Source of the DNA: the human T2T-CHM13v2.0 reference genome, Homo sapiens
NCBI RefSeq assembly: GCF_009914755.1
Contig: NC_060928.1
DNA length: 64,000 bases
Direction: 5' to 3' (one strand)
Shown here: one piece after another, positions 51,570 through 64,000 of the stretch
Layout: the number at the start of each line of letters is the position of its first letter
How positions within the stretch are numbered: the first letter of the stretch is position 1
The notes under the pieces: generated by a model
Database searches by the model: none
The model's input: only the letters and a program-made list of their open reading frames with translations
Told to the model about the DNA's origin: nothing
Position numbers and translations under genes: made by a program

Positions 51570-54249
51570 TATATATGTAAAACAATCTTTTAAAAAAAGT
51601 ACATGGTAAAAGACTATATGATACCTACACAGACATATACACAAATGAGAACAGTTGGAAGTATTCCAAATTCAGAGGGAACAACGAAAGGAGCTAAAAA
51701 AGATAAGTAAATAATAAAAGGAAAAAATGGAATGAAAACTAACTGGCAAAAAATCTTAAAAGTAAAAATTGCAATTTAAACCACATCTTAAAATAAAAAT
51801 GAGTGAACCAGAATTTTCTCTTGAAACAAAATCGTGTCCTAAGCTCCTATAGATGGATATAGGAGGCATCCAGCAAGCATTTAAATAAAGGAGGAGGGAA
51901 TGAATGCAGGAAGGATGAAAGCACATTATCCCTTCCAAGATCATAAGAGTTTTATATTCCTAAATATGTTCAGAAAATCATCAAAGAGGAAATACTAATT
52001 ACTGATTACACATTTTTATAATCCACCACTTAATAACTATTTGAGAAAACAAGTATAAATGTAAGTTAGCAGGCTAGTTCTCCAGCAGGCGTTTCTTCGA
52101 AAGACCTGAAGCCAGTGTGTTCTTCACTAATAGTTATGCCGTGTCTCTACCACTGATCAGTTTCTTTGAAATTCTCTCACTAATTCCGTCTCAATCTGCT
52201 GCTATTTCACATGTGAACTAGTTTTCACATCTCCCAGTTATTACATTGTTCTCTTCTCGTAAGATAACAACTTTAAAAAATTCTCATGATTGCTTTAAGC
52301 TCCAGCTACCATCTACCAGCCAACTTTCGCATTTCTCTTGAAAAAGTTTTCTGCTGTATAAATATGCTCCTGTTTTCATACTTTTGTACCCCAAGTCTTC
52401 TCTTTGTTTGAAAATAAGAAGAACACACATTTCTAAAGTGCCTCGATAGAAAGTAATCTCTTTGAAAGTCGGAGCCGCGTTTGACCCACGCTTAGAACAG
52501 GACCTTGAATTTTGACAAACCCGCAAAAATTTACCAACCATTTACATTCTGCCTTATACTCTAGGAATGCAGTAAGTATTTATCCAGGTAAATGTTCAGC
52601 TCAATAAGCACCAAAACTACTCAGTATCAAAGCAAGTGAGCACGCTTTTAAACCGTGCACCCTAACAACTCAAATTCACCTCCATTAACTTAAATAATAT
52701 TCAGCACCGTGCAAATGCATTTTCTCTCCCGTCTCTTCTTCTGAGACTGATTCCTTCAATGGCATTGCCGAAAGTGTATACAGCTCTGTAGAAAGACAAG
52801 TGTTTGAGTACTTCATCCAGAGAATCCAGCAGTTTATTTCTTATCTGCAGCATTATTTAACTGCACTAAAAATCACAGAGATATCACATACAGCGCTCAG
52901 GTTCCTGGTCACCTTGATTATTTGAGAGGGGCAGAAGTGAGGCTGCTGATCATCTTCATGAAGAGGCAGAGATGGCACCAATGATACCGTGCAGAGTTCT
53001 GTGCATTCATAAAAACGCTTCTTTAACAACAATCCACTAATTGCCTTTTTGGTACTAGAAAACTCTAAAGGAGTATGTGAGTTTCCTTTTTAGAAGAAAG
53101 GGTATTTCTGTCAGCGAGGCAACTTACAAATATGTAGAAAAAAGGGAAAGCTTAAGGCACCTTGTAAAGATCTTACCATTCATTTCAGTTATTCTGTTGA
53201 TTATTTTTAAAAGGTGCTAAGGAAGAATGGGCAGAATGAGCTCCAAAGACTCTGTGGAGATTTAAAGTGACTTCCAAGGCATGATAGTTTTCAGTGTAGA
53301 TGCTTTTTAAAACAGAACCATCAAATGGCAGTAAATATTAATAGAAGGAGGTCTAATCTAGGACTATTTTATCCTAGGTTAACTCCCAAAATTGCCAAGA
53401 GAAAAATGATGCTGAAGGCAAGCAAAAGTAAGCTCTATCTTATCTGTGATTAATTTAACACTGAAAATTCCTGCCAGAAATACTTTCTTACGAAATGAAT
53501 AGCTGGAGGAACGAAAGATCAGACAAATTCAATCATGTATTTGAGAGTCTGAAACTACTGTCATAAGATTTACAGGGGATTCTGGGAATTACTTTGACAT
53601 ATTTGTAAAAACTTAGGGTTCATAACAATGTACTATACAAACCAAGATAGAAAGTCATAGAAAACTGAACAACAGCTAAGAATACAAGGGGGAAAAATCA
53701 ATAAAATGTCTCTAAAGTAAAAAATTGCCTTGAATCAGTAATTTCAAATATTGTGGAAAGCAACAGGAGGGAAACTACAGCAGCGCCAACAAGAAACCTC
53801 TCGGCTTGGAGATCGCATGAAGTGGGGTTAGCTTGAAATCATTTTCCAAGTCTGTACAGTACAAGTTACGTCGTAGGTTTTTGAATGGTAGCCTGCTTGC
53901 CCAAGGAAGCTACTGTAGCTTCTAGAGCTGATTCACTTAAAATTAGAGAACAGCTGAATATCGAAATAATCAGTCTTTAAATCTCAGGCCTTCTTGCTGC
54001 AGAGAGATAATGGTTGTTACAAAAGGGAAAACTCAGACAATGGAGATTTTGTGTATTTTGCATAATGTCACAAATGGGAATTAGATTCTAAACCTTCCAT
54101 TTCTGGCTGATTTCACTGTTTTCCAGTTCATATTGTCTACTTGTTTTTTTTTTTAAACATACACTTAAAAAATAAAAACAATCTAAAAAGAACTAATCAC
54201 CAGATGCGTACTAGCATTAACATCATAATACTATTATTTGTACCTCATA

Positions 54250-54372
54250 ATGATAGATAGGTGGGTAGGTAGGTGGATGGATGGATAGATGGATGGATGG
54301 ACGGACGATGGGTGGCTGGATGGATGAATGGGTGGTTGGACGTATAGGTGGGTGGATGGGTAGGTAAGTGGA
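54250..54372. repeat. Compound (GATA/GGTA/GGAT)n microsatellite
   Basis: Degenerate tetramer array. Confidence 0.9.
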
Positions 54373-56234
54373 CTGATAGGCAGAATCTAAGTTTATCCTT
54401 CTAGTATCCCTGTAAGAAAAGTGGCATCTTAAACAGCCGTGGTACATCCGAGACTTGAACCAGATCTCTGAGGCCCAAAGTCCACATTCACTCCGTACTC
54501 TATGCATCCTCTCTGAGTGGTAATGCAGAATGAATAAATATAACATTCTATAGAGACCTGAAAGCAACAAGTGCAAGAGAGGCTTCACACAGAGTCAGCC
54601 ATCCAGCCATAGAGCCATTCTGGGAAACCATTTTTAAAAACATATACTGACAAGTTTACCCTACTGTGCACACAGATTAAATAATAATAATAATAAACTG
54701 CTTTTGACAGGTATCTTTCTAAAATGTATCATATCCCTGTCTTCTTAAGTAGAACACACCACTCATGATGACATCTCTCGCTGATGAATCAGGTGATGAT
54801 AATACATATGTTGCTGCACTGTGCTGCTTTCAGGAGCCGTGAATGGTGAGCAGGGCTGTTCACATCTTCACAATGTAAGCACAAAAGGTTGTGCTTGTTC
54901 TGTTTCTCAGATCTGCATTTAATGAGTCTATTTCAACCCATACTGCTTGCTATTATGTGCTATTTCTTTAAATGTGTCAATCTTCCTCCTAATTTCCTGC
55001 TCATAATCTACAGGGACCTAGACACCAGTATCACAGTTTTGTGGCACTCTAAGTTAGAACAAATCCGCTGTAGGTGAGAGCCTGTCATTTTTGCTAATTT
55101 CCATTTATTGGCTGTACTCTACCTCAGTTAGATTGCCAGATAATTGAATTTTGAATAGGCAAGATAGTATTGTATTCTTGCCTGATATTTTGTAAAATAA
55201 GTTTTATTTAAGTATAATGTACATATAGAAAAATGCACGAATCATAGGTCTATAGTGCAATGATTTCCAACAAACAGAGCACGCCCTTGTTAGGTGTACC
55301 CAGAAAACAAACAAGCCAACACAGTATTACGTGTTTTATCCTTTTCAAAGTATTCTCATATGCGCCACTTCACTACAGTCATTGCAACACTCTTATGAGG
55401 CTAAGCGGTTGGGTATTACCTGCAATTCAACAAATGTGGAAAATGAAGTTTGGTATTTAGCTTCACTGATTTCTGAAATCAGAAGGAGCACAGCAAGGAT
55501 CTAATCCTAGCGTTCCATTGCGGGAATCGTCCCTTATGCTATCAAATTTACTCAGAAGATATGATATGGTAGCTTCACTTCTATTATCAAATTGTGGACA
55601 AGAGTAGAGCGAATATTCTGTTGGCACCACAGATACCAGTGGTTGTCTGCAGCCTGCCTCGGCTGTGGCTGTCCACTGTCCCCGCCATGCAGATTGTTAG
55701 CCATTTTTAATTTATTCCCTGGGAAGTCAAATGTCAACACAGTCCCTTGAGGAGAGGAAGGTGGCATAAATCACCACAATTATACCAAGCTTTCCAAAGG
55801 AAAGTGATGGTTCAAAGCCTAGATGCCTTCACATTGTCATTTCTTCCATTCTCTTCTTCCCAACATTTCATCCTTAAAGCCAACAAAATTAATTTAGCTG
55901 AAATGAGAGGTCTGAAGATCATCAAAACTTTTAATAAGCATACCAAAACTTATATTTGAATCAGCTATCCTTATCACTGTTTCAAATTACCATCCATTCC
56001 AGAAATCCTCAAATGGCTTGAACCGCACATATAAACAAAAAATCCCTATTAGAAAAATATGGAACTTCTAAAGCTGTGCGGATTAAAGGTCACTAAGGGT
56101 CTCCCATGCAGCTACAGGAATATCCTCTTAAGAGCACGTCTTAGCAAATAAAATACAAAGTGAGTGTAAGGAGTTCTTAAGTTCTTCTTCAGAAAACACA
56201 AGAAGTAAAATTGTTCAGGCGTGATCATTTTTTA

Positions 56235-56542
<308 letters not shown>

Positions 56543-57911
56543 TGAACACTTTTTAAAGGTTCTGCAGGATTCAAACTTCCCAAATGCTGCAGGTGTTGAC
56601 AGCAAGGAAGCAGGGCGAGCTCTGGAGGCCAGCTCTGGGAATTCAACCGGGCTCACACCTACAGTCCCCGGGAACAATCTGCAGCCCCAGTTTCTCCTCT
56701 GTAAGGTGAGTTGACCACGGCGCCACAGCACAAGGCTGCACTAGGATTCAATTAACCCAGTGCTCACAACCTGTTTGGTCCAGAGAAAGTCGTTTTTATT
56801 GCTAGGAAGGAAAGAGCCTCTTCTCGAAGGCAGAATTCCTCCAGTTTATATCAATCACCTACGAAGTGAGCTTATTCAATTTACTGACTCAAACTCAATT
56901 CATATTACTAAGTGCTTAACTAACTAATTCTCAAACTACAAACCGTAAAAGCACTACTGGGGGCGGGTGGGGGAGGCAGGGCAGGGGTGAGCCTCCCCAA
57001 AAGGAGCTAAGCAAAATTAGAGCTTTTCTTAACCACCTGGTTAAAACGAAAATATTGATCTTGGCAGACATGTTAAGTGCACGTTTCCTTCCCCACCCCT
57101 TCTCCCAAAAGTGCCTCCAAATAAAAAACTAGTTTCTTCAGAGAACCAAGCATCTAATCATCACTCAGAGGTCTGAACATCCAGCATCCTAAGAACAAAG
57201 TGTCCACAGGTTCCCACCAGAACAAACCAGTTCAATGCATTGCTCGGAGGAAAAAGCAAGTTAACTCAAGCACACAATTACCTGTAGTTGCATATTATAC
57301 GTAAGTGTACTCTTTCCTGCTCACGCCTGGCTACCTGCCTACTCTAACACAACAACTTCCGTTTTTAAAGTGTCAACTTGTTTACTTGGAGGAGCCGCCG
57401 CCTGCCGGACACAGCACGTTTGGGAGCCTCTCTTTCCACTGTAGGCTCGTAACTGCAGACTACTCCCGAACAACAAGACCACGGCGGCTGCTCCATCATT
57501 TTGCCAGCTTCTATGTTTCCATATTTTAACAATGTTGGGAAAACTAAATCACATGTTAAGACCAAGCAATTGATCAGTTCGTTGCAGAGGCTGCTTGAGG
57601 AACTTTCTGCAGCCTGGACCTGAGGCTTCTCAATCTAATAAACCTCAGACAGGACAACCAGACGGGGGTGTCCCCATAGGAAAGAGAACCCGACTCTGGT
57701 GGAGTGTCCCACCTCTTAGGGGCTGTGACTCCGCGCCTTATGAAAAGGCACTTTCAACGGGCAGGCTGGAGAAGAGTCCTCTCTAACAGGAAAAATAACT
57801 CCAAGTCCGCAGTGTTTAGGAAAAAGAACCAAGTGCTTGGGGAAGGCTGGCTGCCCGCGGAGAGGCGCTGCGTCCGGAGCGCTGGCCCAGGGGAGGCGGC
57901 GCGGGCCCTAC

Positions 57912-58095
57912 CTGCGTTCCTGAGCTTCTTGTTCCGATACACCGACAGGATGACCAGGAGGTTGCCCAGGATGTCCACCACGATGGTGAAGATGAGGACG
58001 CAGGCCAGGGCGGACGCCAGCCACGAGGGCCGCGCGCCGTCCCCGCGGAGCACGGGCTGGGAGGCGTTGGGCAGCGCGCTGCCGTTGCCCTGCAT
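57912..58095 (-). CDS. MTNR1A: Melatonin receptor type 1A, coding exon 1 (codons 1-61 plus 1 nt; N-terminus, TM1, ICL1)
   Basis: ATG at 58095 (ggaccATGC) translates MQGNGSALPNASQPVLRGDGARPSWLASALACVLIFTIVVDILGNLLVILSVYRNKKLRNA, matching human MT1 as I recall it. It ends at the donor GCAG|gtaggg (GT at 57911-57910), 184 nt, phase 1. Confidence 0.98.
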
Positions 58096-58183
58096 GGTCC
58101 CTGTGCGCGTCCCGGCCGCGGGGCCATCGCCCGCCTCGTCCGCCCGCCCGACCACTTGTTAAGGCTCCGCCCGGCGCTCCCCG

Positions 58184-58237
58184 CGCCCACGCCCCATCCC
58201 GCGCGCTCCTCCACGCCGCGCCCCCGGACGCCCACGC
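58184..58237 (-). promoter_or_regulatory. Two perfect EGR1-type motifs (GCGTGGGCG)
   Basis: cgcccacgc at 58184-58192 and 58229-58237. Motif match only. Confidence 0.55.
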
Positions 58238-59107
58238 CGCGCCGGACGCCACGGCCAGGTGACACCTGGTGTCCGCCGCGAGCCCGCTTGGATTCCCCGC
58301 CCGCAGCTCGAACCCCGCACCACGGGCCGACAGCGCCCCGGTGCGGGAAGCCGGGCCCAGCCGCCGCGCCCTGGGGACGGTGTCCCAGAGGCCTCTCCTC
58401 GTGGGCGCACGGCGAGGCCGTTCATTGTGTTTCCTCTCTGGGATGGGACTTTTCACCCAGCAGGGCCAGGCTGCCTGGGACCAAATGCGAAATGGGATTG
58501 GGGCGAGTTCACCAGCTGTGTGCCCCACCGCCCTTATCTTCCTTATCTGCAAAATGGGAATAAGATACTATCTCACCTGTTAGCCTCATAATTAGTAAAA
58601 TGTGAAAAAACCAAGGACTGTCTTCCGTTGTGTATTGCACCGCTTAAGATGGTGCTAGATGTTTCCGATAATGAAATGACATTTTCAAAGAAAAAAGTAA
58701 AACTCAATATTTGCAGATGATAAAAATGTATGTACTTCTGTAAGTACCAGTAAAAATGAGAAAGAAAGCACACTTAGGTGGATCGGATACATGGCAGCAA
58801 TGTAAAAGTGCTAGGAAATGGCCTAACCAGTTGTGTGCAGTGAGGAAAAAACTTTATGAAAACCATGAAAGGAAATTTAAATAAACGGAGAGACAAACAG
58901 TGTTCCTAGCTTCGAAGCCTGAAATTTTCATTTTCCTCATATACTTTATGCCAGACCAAGAAAAATATCAAATAACCTAAAGTTTCTTTGAAAGAGTAAA
59001 AAGAAAGTGTAGGAAAAGGATTTGAATAAGATGAATAGGAGAGAAGTATGACCTACCAGTATCAAAATGTTCATTAAAAATTACAATTAAGTGGCGCCTG
59101 GGATTAC

Positions 59108-59708
<601 letters not shown>

Positions 59709-59984
59709 CTAAAACAGTATTGAGCTCATAAACAATTTGAAAAAGCATATAAAATAAAGATTTTATAAAGTGAACAGTTCAAATCAGTAGGGCTGGGATA
59801 GATCACGAAAACAAAAATGCATTTAAAGAAAATGTAGGTAAATATACATATCACTTGAGGTAGAGAAGCACTCTGTAAGCCTGGAAAAAAGACAGACAGG
59901 AAATAATCCTAACCATAGAAAAGGTAGCAGCTGCCATGGACAGCGTGTGTCACTTCCCATCTCTGGCATCGGTATCTTACAACC

Positions 59985-60145
59985 ATTGTTTGCACAATGT
60001 GTTAACAATTCCAGAAGGTCTGGCACTGCTGCGACCATTTTATGGACGAGAAACCTCTGGTGCTGAGAGGTTAAGCAATGTACCAAAGTCACACAGCTGG
60101 TAACAAGTAGAGGCAGGATTGGAACTCAGGTCTCTCTGACTGCCA
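59985..60145 (-). mobile_element. MIR SINE
   Basis: gagaggttaagcaatgtaccaaagtcacacagctggtaa...ggatttggaactcaggtctctctgact. Confidence 0.7.
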
Positions 60146-60316
60146 AGCAAGGAGCCTCATTACTAAGTGATAGTGTTTCTCGGTCGTGATAGATTTGACT
60201 ACGGAAAAGTTAAAAGTCCTATATTCAAAAAATACCACACACAAGTGAAAGCTAGAGAAACTGGGGAAATGATTTGTGACATAGCTAAGAGACGAAGCAT
60301 TAATGGTCTTCATTAT

Positions 60317-60624
60317 TGTTATGGTTTCAGCATGTCCCCAGAATTTGTGTGTGGAAAATTTGGTCCCCAGGGGAAGGCGGGGCCTTCAAGAGGCGATCAG
60401 GTCAAGAGGGTTATACCACTCTGTCTGACTGGGTTAATTCTGCAGGCATGAGTCAGTTCTTGCTCTCCTGGGACTGGATTAGTTACAGTGAGAGTGGGTT
60501 TTAAAAAATTACCACTCCAGCCTGGGAGACAGAGAGAGACTCTGCTTCAGAAAAAAAAAAAAAAAATTATCCAGTCCCAGGTATTGCTGTATTCTGTAAT
60601 AGTGATGGAAAACAGACTAAGACA
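60317..60624 (+). mobile_element. MST-type LTR with its middle replaced by an Alu 3' end
   Basis: tgttatggttt...actggattagttac, then cactccagcctgggagacagag...A16, then ttatccagtcccaggtatt...aaacagactaagaca. Confidence 0.7.
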
Positions 60625-61299
60625 ATTATATAAAGAGCTAAGGAAAAAAAATAGAAATATATTTAAAGGTCATAATTAGACAAAAACTAAAAATGTATGT
60701 GTAACCTCTTTTAGCAAAAAAGTTAAAAAAAAGAGAAAGCTTCCATTCCAGCGATCACTTTAGAAAACATTATATTGGTAGTGCCAAGTGTGGTTTGAAA
60801 CACGTGGAGAAAAAGCATTCCTGTGCACCAGATATGGACGTCTTCAAACTGCATACATGGTGCTAGTCGTTTTACTAATAGAAAACAATTGAACAGTGTC
60901 CACATGTGTCAGGACACACCGTTATTTCTCCCTGCATTGTTTGTCACAGGTAAAACTCCTATACTTGGGGTTTTGATACACAAATTTGTGAAATCAACAG
61001 ATGAAATACAAAGGCATAGATGGCTAACTCTCCCCCAAAAGGGGTGGCATACATAATGCTGGGGTGCACATAACAACATTCATGATCTTTCTTCCCTGGG
61101 GAATGAGAAAGGTGAAGCTGGGAAACCACGAGCACTGAAAATGATGGTGAAATCCTGGAAAACAAAGACCCAGAGAGGGAATGCCCAGACTCTGACTGCC
61201 AGCATCCCTGAACCCAGCACGTGAGGAATAGACCCAAAGGAAGCAACTGGAGCAAAAGGCCTGAACTGAGGCTGGAGCTGCCACACAAGAAAACAGTTC

Positions 61300-61443
61300 C
61301 AGTTCCAGCCTAGCCAAGAACACTGCCTACTGAGACAAAGAAAACTCAACAGAGAAAAATAATAGCATCTAGAATACCCACAGTGTAAGATTCGTATGTC
61401 CATGGTACATTCAAAATTATTTAACGTATGAAAACATTGTCTG

Positions 61444-61491
<48 letters not shown>

Positions 61492-62086
61492 CCTATCTAT
61501 CTATCATCTATCTAAACACATTCTTTAAGATACAATAAGATCAATCAAATCCAGTCCCTAAATGAGCAAAATGTTGTAACTAACAATCTCAGCAAAGAAA
61601 TAGGAACTCCCATGAAAGAAATAAAAACAGTAAAAAAGAACGAAGGGGAAATTCTAGAACTGAAAAATACAATTTCTGAAATTAATTCTTTACTCAATGG
61701 ACTTACTAGCCAAATGGACATGACAGAGTAAGTATACTTAAAGATAAACCAACAGAAATTGTCCAACACAGAGAAAAGATATATTTTAAAATGAACAAAG
61801 CTTACAATTCTTATAGATTATATTAATTAGAATACTAGCTGTAGAAATAAAATGGTGCAGAAAAAATATTAGAAGACATCATGATTGAAATTTTCCTGAA
61901 TTTTAGGAAAGACGTAAATTTGTACATGCAAAATGAATACTAAGCAGAATAAACAAAAACAAGCATACTAAGGCACAGCATAGTCAAACTGCTAAAAGCC
62001 AAAGATAAAAAGCAATTAAAGTCAAGTTACATATTACGTACTGGTTAGCAATTAATCCAACTAACAGCTGATTTCTCATCAGAAAC
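61300..62086 (+). mobile_element. Old L1M ORF1-region fragment
   Basis: aaattctagaactgaaaaatacaat...tagtcaaactgctaaaagccaaagataaa...acagctgatttctcatcagaaac. Confidence 0.7.
61438..61513. repeat. (TCTA)n tetranucleotide STR
   Basis: About 12 perfect units plus variant units. Confidence 0.97.
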
Positions 62087-63147
62087 TGTGCTAATTTTCT
62101 ATTACTGTCATAACAAATTACCTTAATTAAATTAATTTGGAGACTTAAAACAACATCCATGTATTATGTCACAGTTAAACAGACCAGAAGTCCAGGTACA
62201 AAGTGGCTCAGCTGAGCCCTCTGCTTAGGGTCTTATGAGGATAAAACCACAAAGAAGTAGAGCTGTTTCTTTCTGGAGGTTCTCAGGGTAAATCCACTTC
62301 TGAGCTCATTCAAGTTGCTGGCAGAATCCAGTTTCATATGGTTGTAAGGTTGAGGTCATTCTCAGCTTCTAGAGGTTGGCTGCATTCCTTGACTCATGGT
62401 CCCTTCTCTCATCTTTGAAGCCAACAATGGTGGGCAGAGTCCCACTCACACTTCAAATTTCTCTAACTTTATCTTCTGCTTTATCTCCTCTGCTGTTAGC
62501 TGGAGAAAGTTCTCTATTTTAAGGGCATGTGGATTTAGACTGGGCCCAACTAGACAACCCAGGCTAATTTTTCTATCTGAAAGTCCATAGCCTTAATTAT
62601 ATCTGAAAGTCCCTTTTGCCATTGGTCTTACCCCTCATTGTGTTGCTATAACAGAAGACCACAGACTGGGTAATTTACAAAGAAAAGGAATGTATTTCTT
62701 ACAGCTCTGGAGGCTGGGCAATCCAAGATCAAGGGGCTGCACCTTGTGAAAGCCTTCTCGTTGTGTAATCCCATGGTGGATGAAATACCCAAGACCGAGT
62801 AATTTATAAGGAAAAGAGGTTGAATTGGCTCACGGTTTCACAGGCTGTACAGGAGGCATGGCTGCTTCTGCTCGACTTCTAGGTAAGTCTTGGGAGACTT
62901 ACAATCAGGGTGGAAAGCGAAAGGAAGCAGGAATATCTTACATGGCCAGAGCAAGAGGAAGAGAGAGAGGAGGGAGGTGCTACACACTTATAAACAACCA
63001 GATCTTGTGACAACTCTATCACAATAACAAAACCAAAGGGAGAAATCCACCTCCATGATCCAATGACCTCCCTCCAAGACCACCTCCAACACTGGGGATT
63101 ACAATTCGACATGAAATTTGGGCAGCGACACAAAAGCCAACCATATG
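62087..63147 (-). mobile_element. Stack of three MaLR LTRs (MLT1 about 62087-62620, MLT1A about 62623-62780, MSTA about 62783-63147)
   Basis: Successive LTR termini tgtcataacaaattacc, gctataacagaagaccacagactgggtaatt and aattggctcacggtt...ggattacaattcgacatga...ccaaccatat. Confidence 0.75.
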
Positions 63148-63149
63148 AA

Positions 63150-63595
63150 AGACACATAAAGCAAACAGTAAGCACAAAAAGGCCAGAGTGGCTATATCAG
63201 TATCAGATTTAAAATGGATCTTGATGTAAAATAGATTTTAAATCAAAATGTATTACCAGAGATAAAGAGAGACACATCATAACGATGAAAGGGTCAATTC
63301 AACAGGAAACAACAATAATTTTAAAAATTGTATGTACTCAACAACATAGCTTTCAAATACATAAAGCAAAGATGGCCAGAATATAAGGTAGAAATAGACA
63401 ATTTCACAATCATAAATGGAAATTATAACATCCCTGCCCTAGCAATGATAGAAAACTAGACAAAAAGTCAGTAGACATAGAAGATCTGAGCAATGCTATC
63501 AACAAGCGTGACTTTTCAATTGTACATGGAATATTTACCAGGAAGAAACATATGCCGGGCTATAAAAAAAAAATGCCTCAATAAAAATTTTTAAA
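63150..63595 (+). mobile_element. Old L1M ORF2 endonuclease fragment
   Basis: accagagataaagagagac...gggtcaattcaacagg...aaatacataaagcaa. Confidence 0.7.
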
Positions 63596-63596
63596 T

Positions 63597-64000
63597 GGGC
63601 CAGATATGTTGGTTCATGCCCATAAGCCCAGTACTTTGGGAGGCCAATGTTAGAGGATTGCTTGAGGCTAGGAGTTTAAGAGCAGCCTGGGCAACATGAC
63701 ATAGTGAGACCCTGTCTCTACAAAAAATAAAAATAAAAAATTTTCAATAGAAATCAGGCTAGACACGGTGGATCATATCTGTAATTCCAACACCTTGAGA
63801 GGCCAAGGTGGGAGGATTGCTTGAGCCCAGGGGTTCAAGATTAGCCTGGGCAACATAGGGAGACCCATCCCCGTCTCTACAAAAAAAATTTAAAAATTAG
63901 CCAGGCAGTGTGTTTTGCACCTGTAGTCCTGGGTACTCAGGAGGTTGAGGGAGGATTGCTTGAGCCCAGGAGGTTGAGGCTGTGTGAGCTAGGATTGCAC
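63597..64000 (+). mobile_element. Alu left monomer (63597-63740) plus an AluJ running off the window end
   Basis: ggattgcttgag... signatures. Confidence 0.88.

Larger units (their letters stand above)
57840..58430. promoter_or_regulatory. CpG island covering the MTNR1A promoter, 5' leader and exon 1
   Basis: Very GC- and CpG-dense, with several CCGCCC GC boxes and no clear TATA box. The TSS cannot be placed from sequence alone. Confidence 0.9.

Noticed and set aside
54760-54800. C/D-box snoRNA (ATGATGA...CTGA)
   Set aside because: The boxes are only 9 nt apart and lie antisense to the host gene, leaving no room for guide elements.
57754-58155. 133-aa ORF as a complete protein
   Set aside because: It has a non-ATG start and reads through the splice donor. 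Only 57912-58095 is coding.

Overview
Primate, almost certainly human, genomic DNA, not prokaryotic. It holds the whole melatonin receptor 1A gene (MTNR1A/MT1) on the minus strand. Coding exon 1 is 58095->57912 inside a CpG island, followed by a 20,980-bp GT-AG intron and coding exon 2 at 36931->36063, giving 350 aa with the NRY and NAIIY melatonin-receptor motifs. The rest is mostly interspersed repeats (Alu, L1, ERVL/MaLR LTRs and internal relics, DNA transposons, MIR), three minisatellites and several microsatellites. Nearly all other ORFs in the track are repeat artefacts. I found no CRISPR array, no tRNA/rRNA gene and no second protein-coding gene, and the sequence does not establish a new biological system. 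The best leads are: (1) a 43-bp hairpin at 6822-6913 whose only mismatches are G-U wobbles on the + strand; (2) a MER1 transposon whose 5' end is overwritten by forward and reverse templated copies of its own flank; (3) two strong-Kozak upstream ATGs in the MTNR1A leader, one giving a 77-codon overlapping ORF that stops only after splicing; (4) an intronic VNTR with 16 CAGGTG E-boxes, echoed by a CAGGTG/CACCTG palindrome in the promoter region; (5) a perfect CRE just upstream of exon 2; (6) an Alu and an L1 sharing one target-site duplication. Repeat subfamily names are by-eye estimates and repeat boundaries are approximate unless a TSD is quoted.
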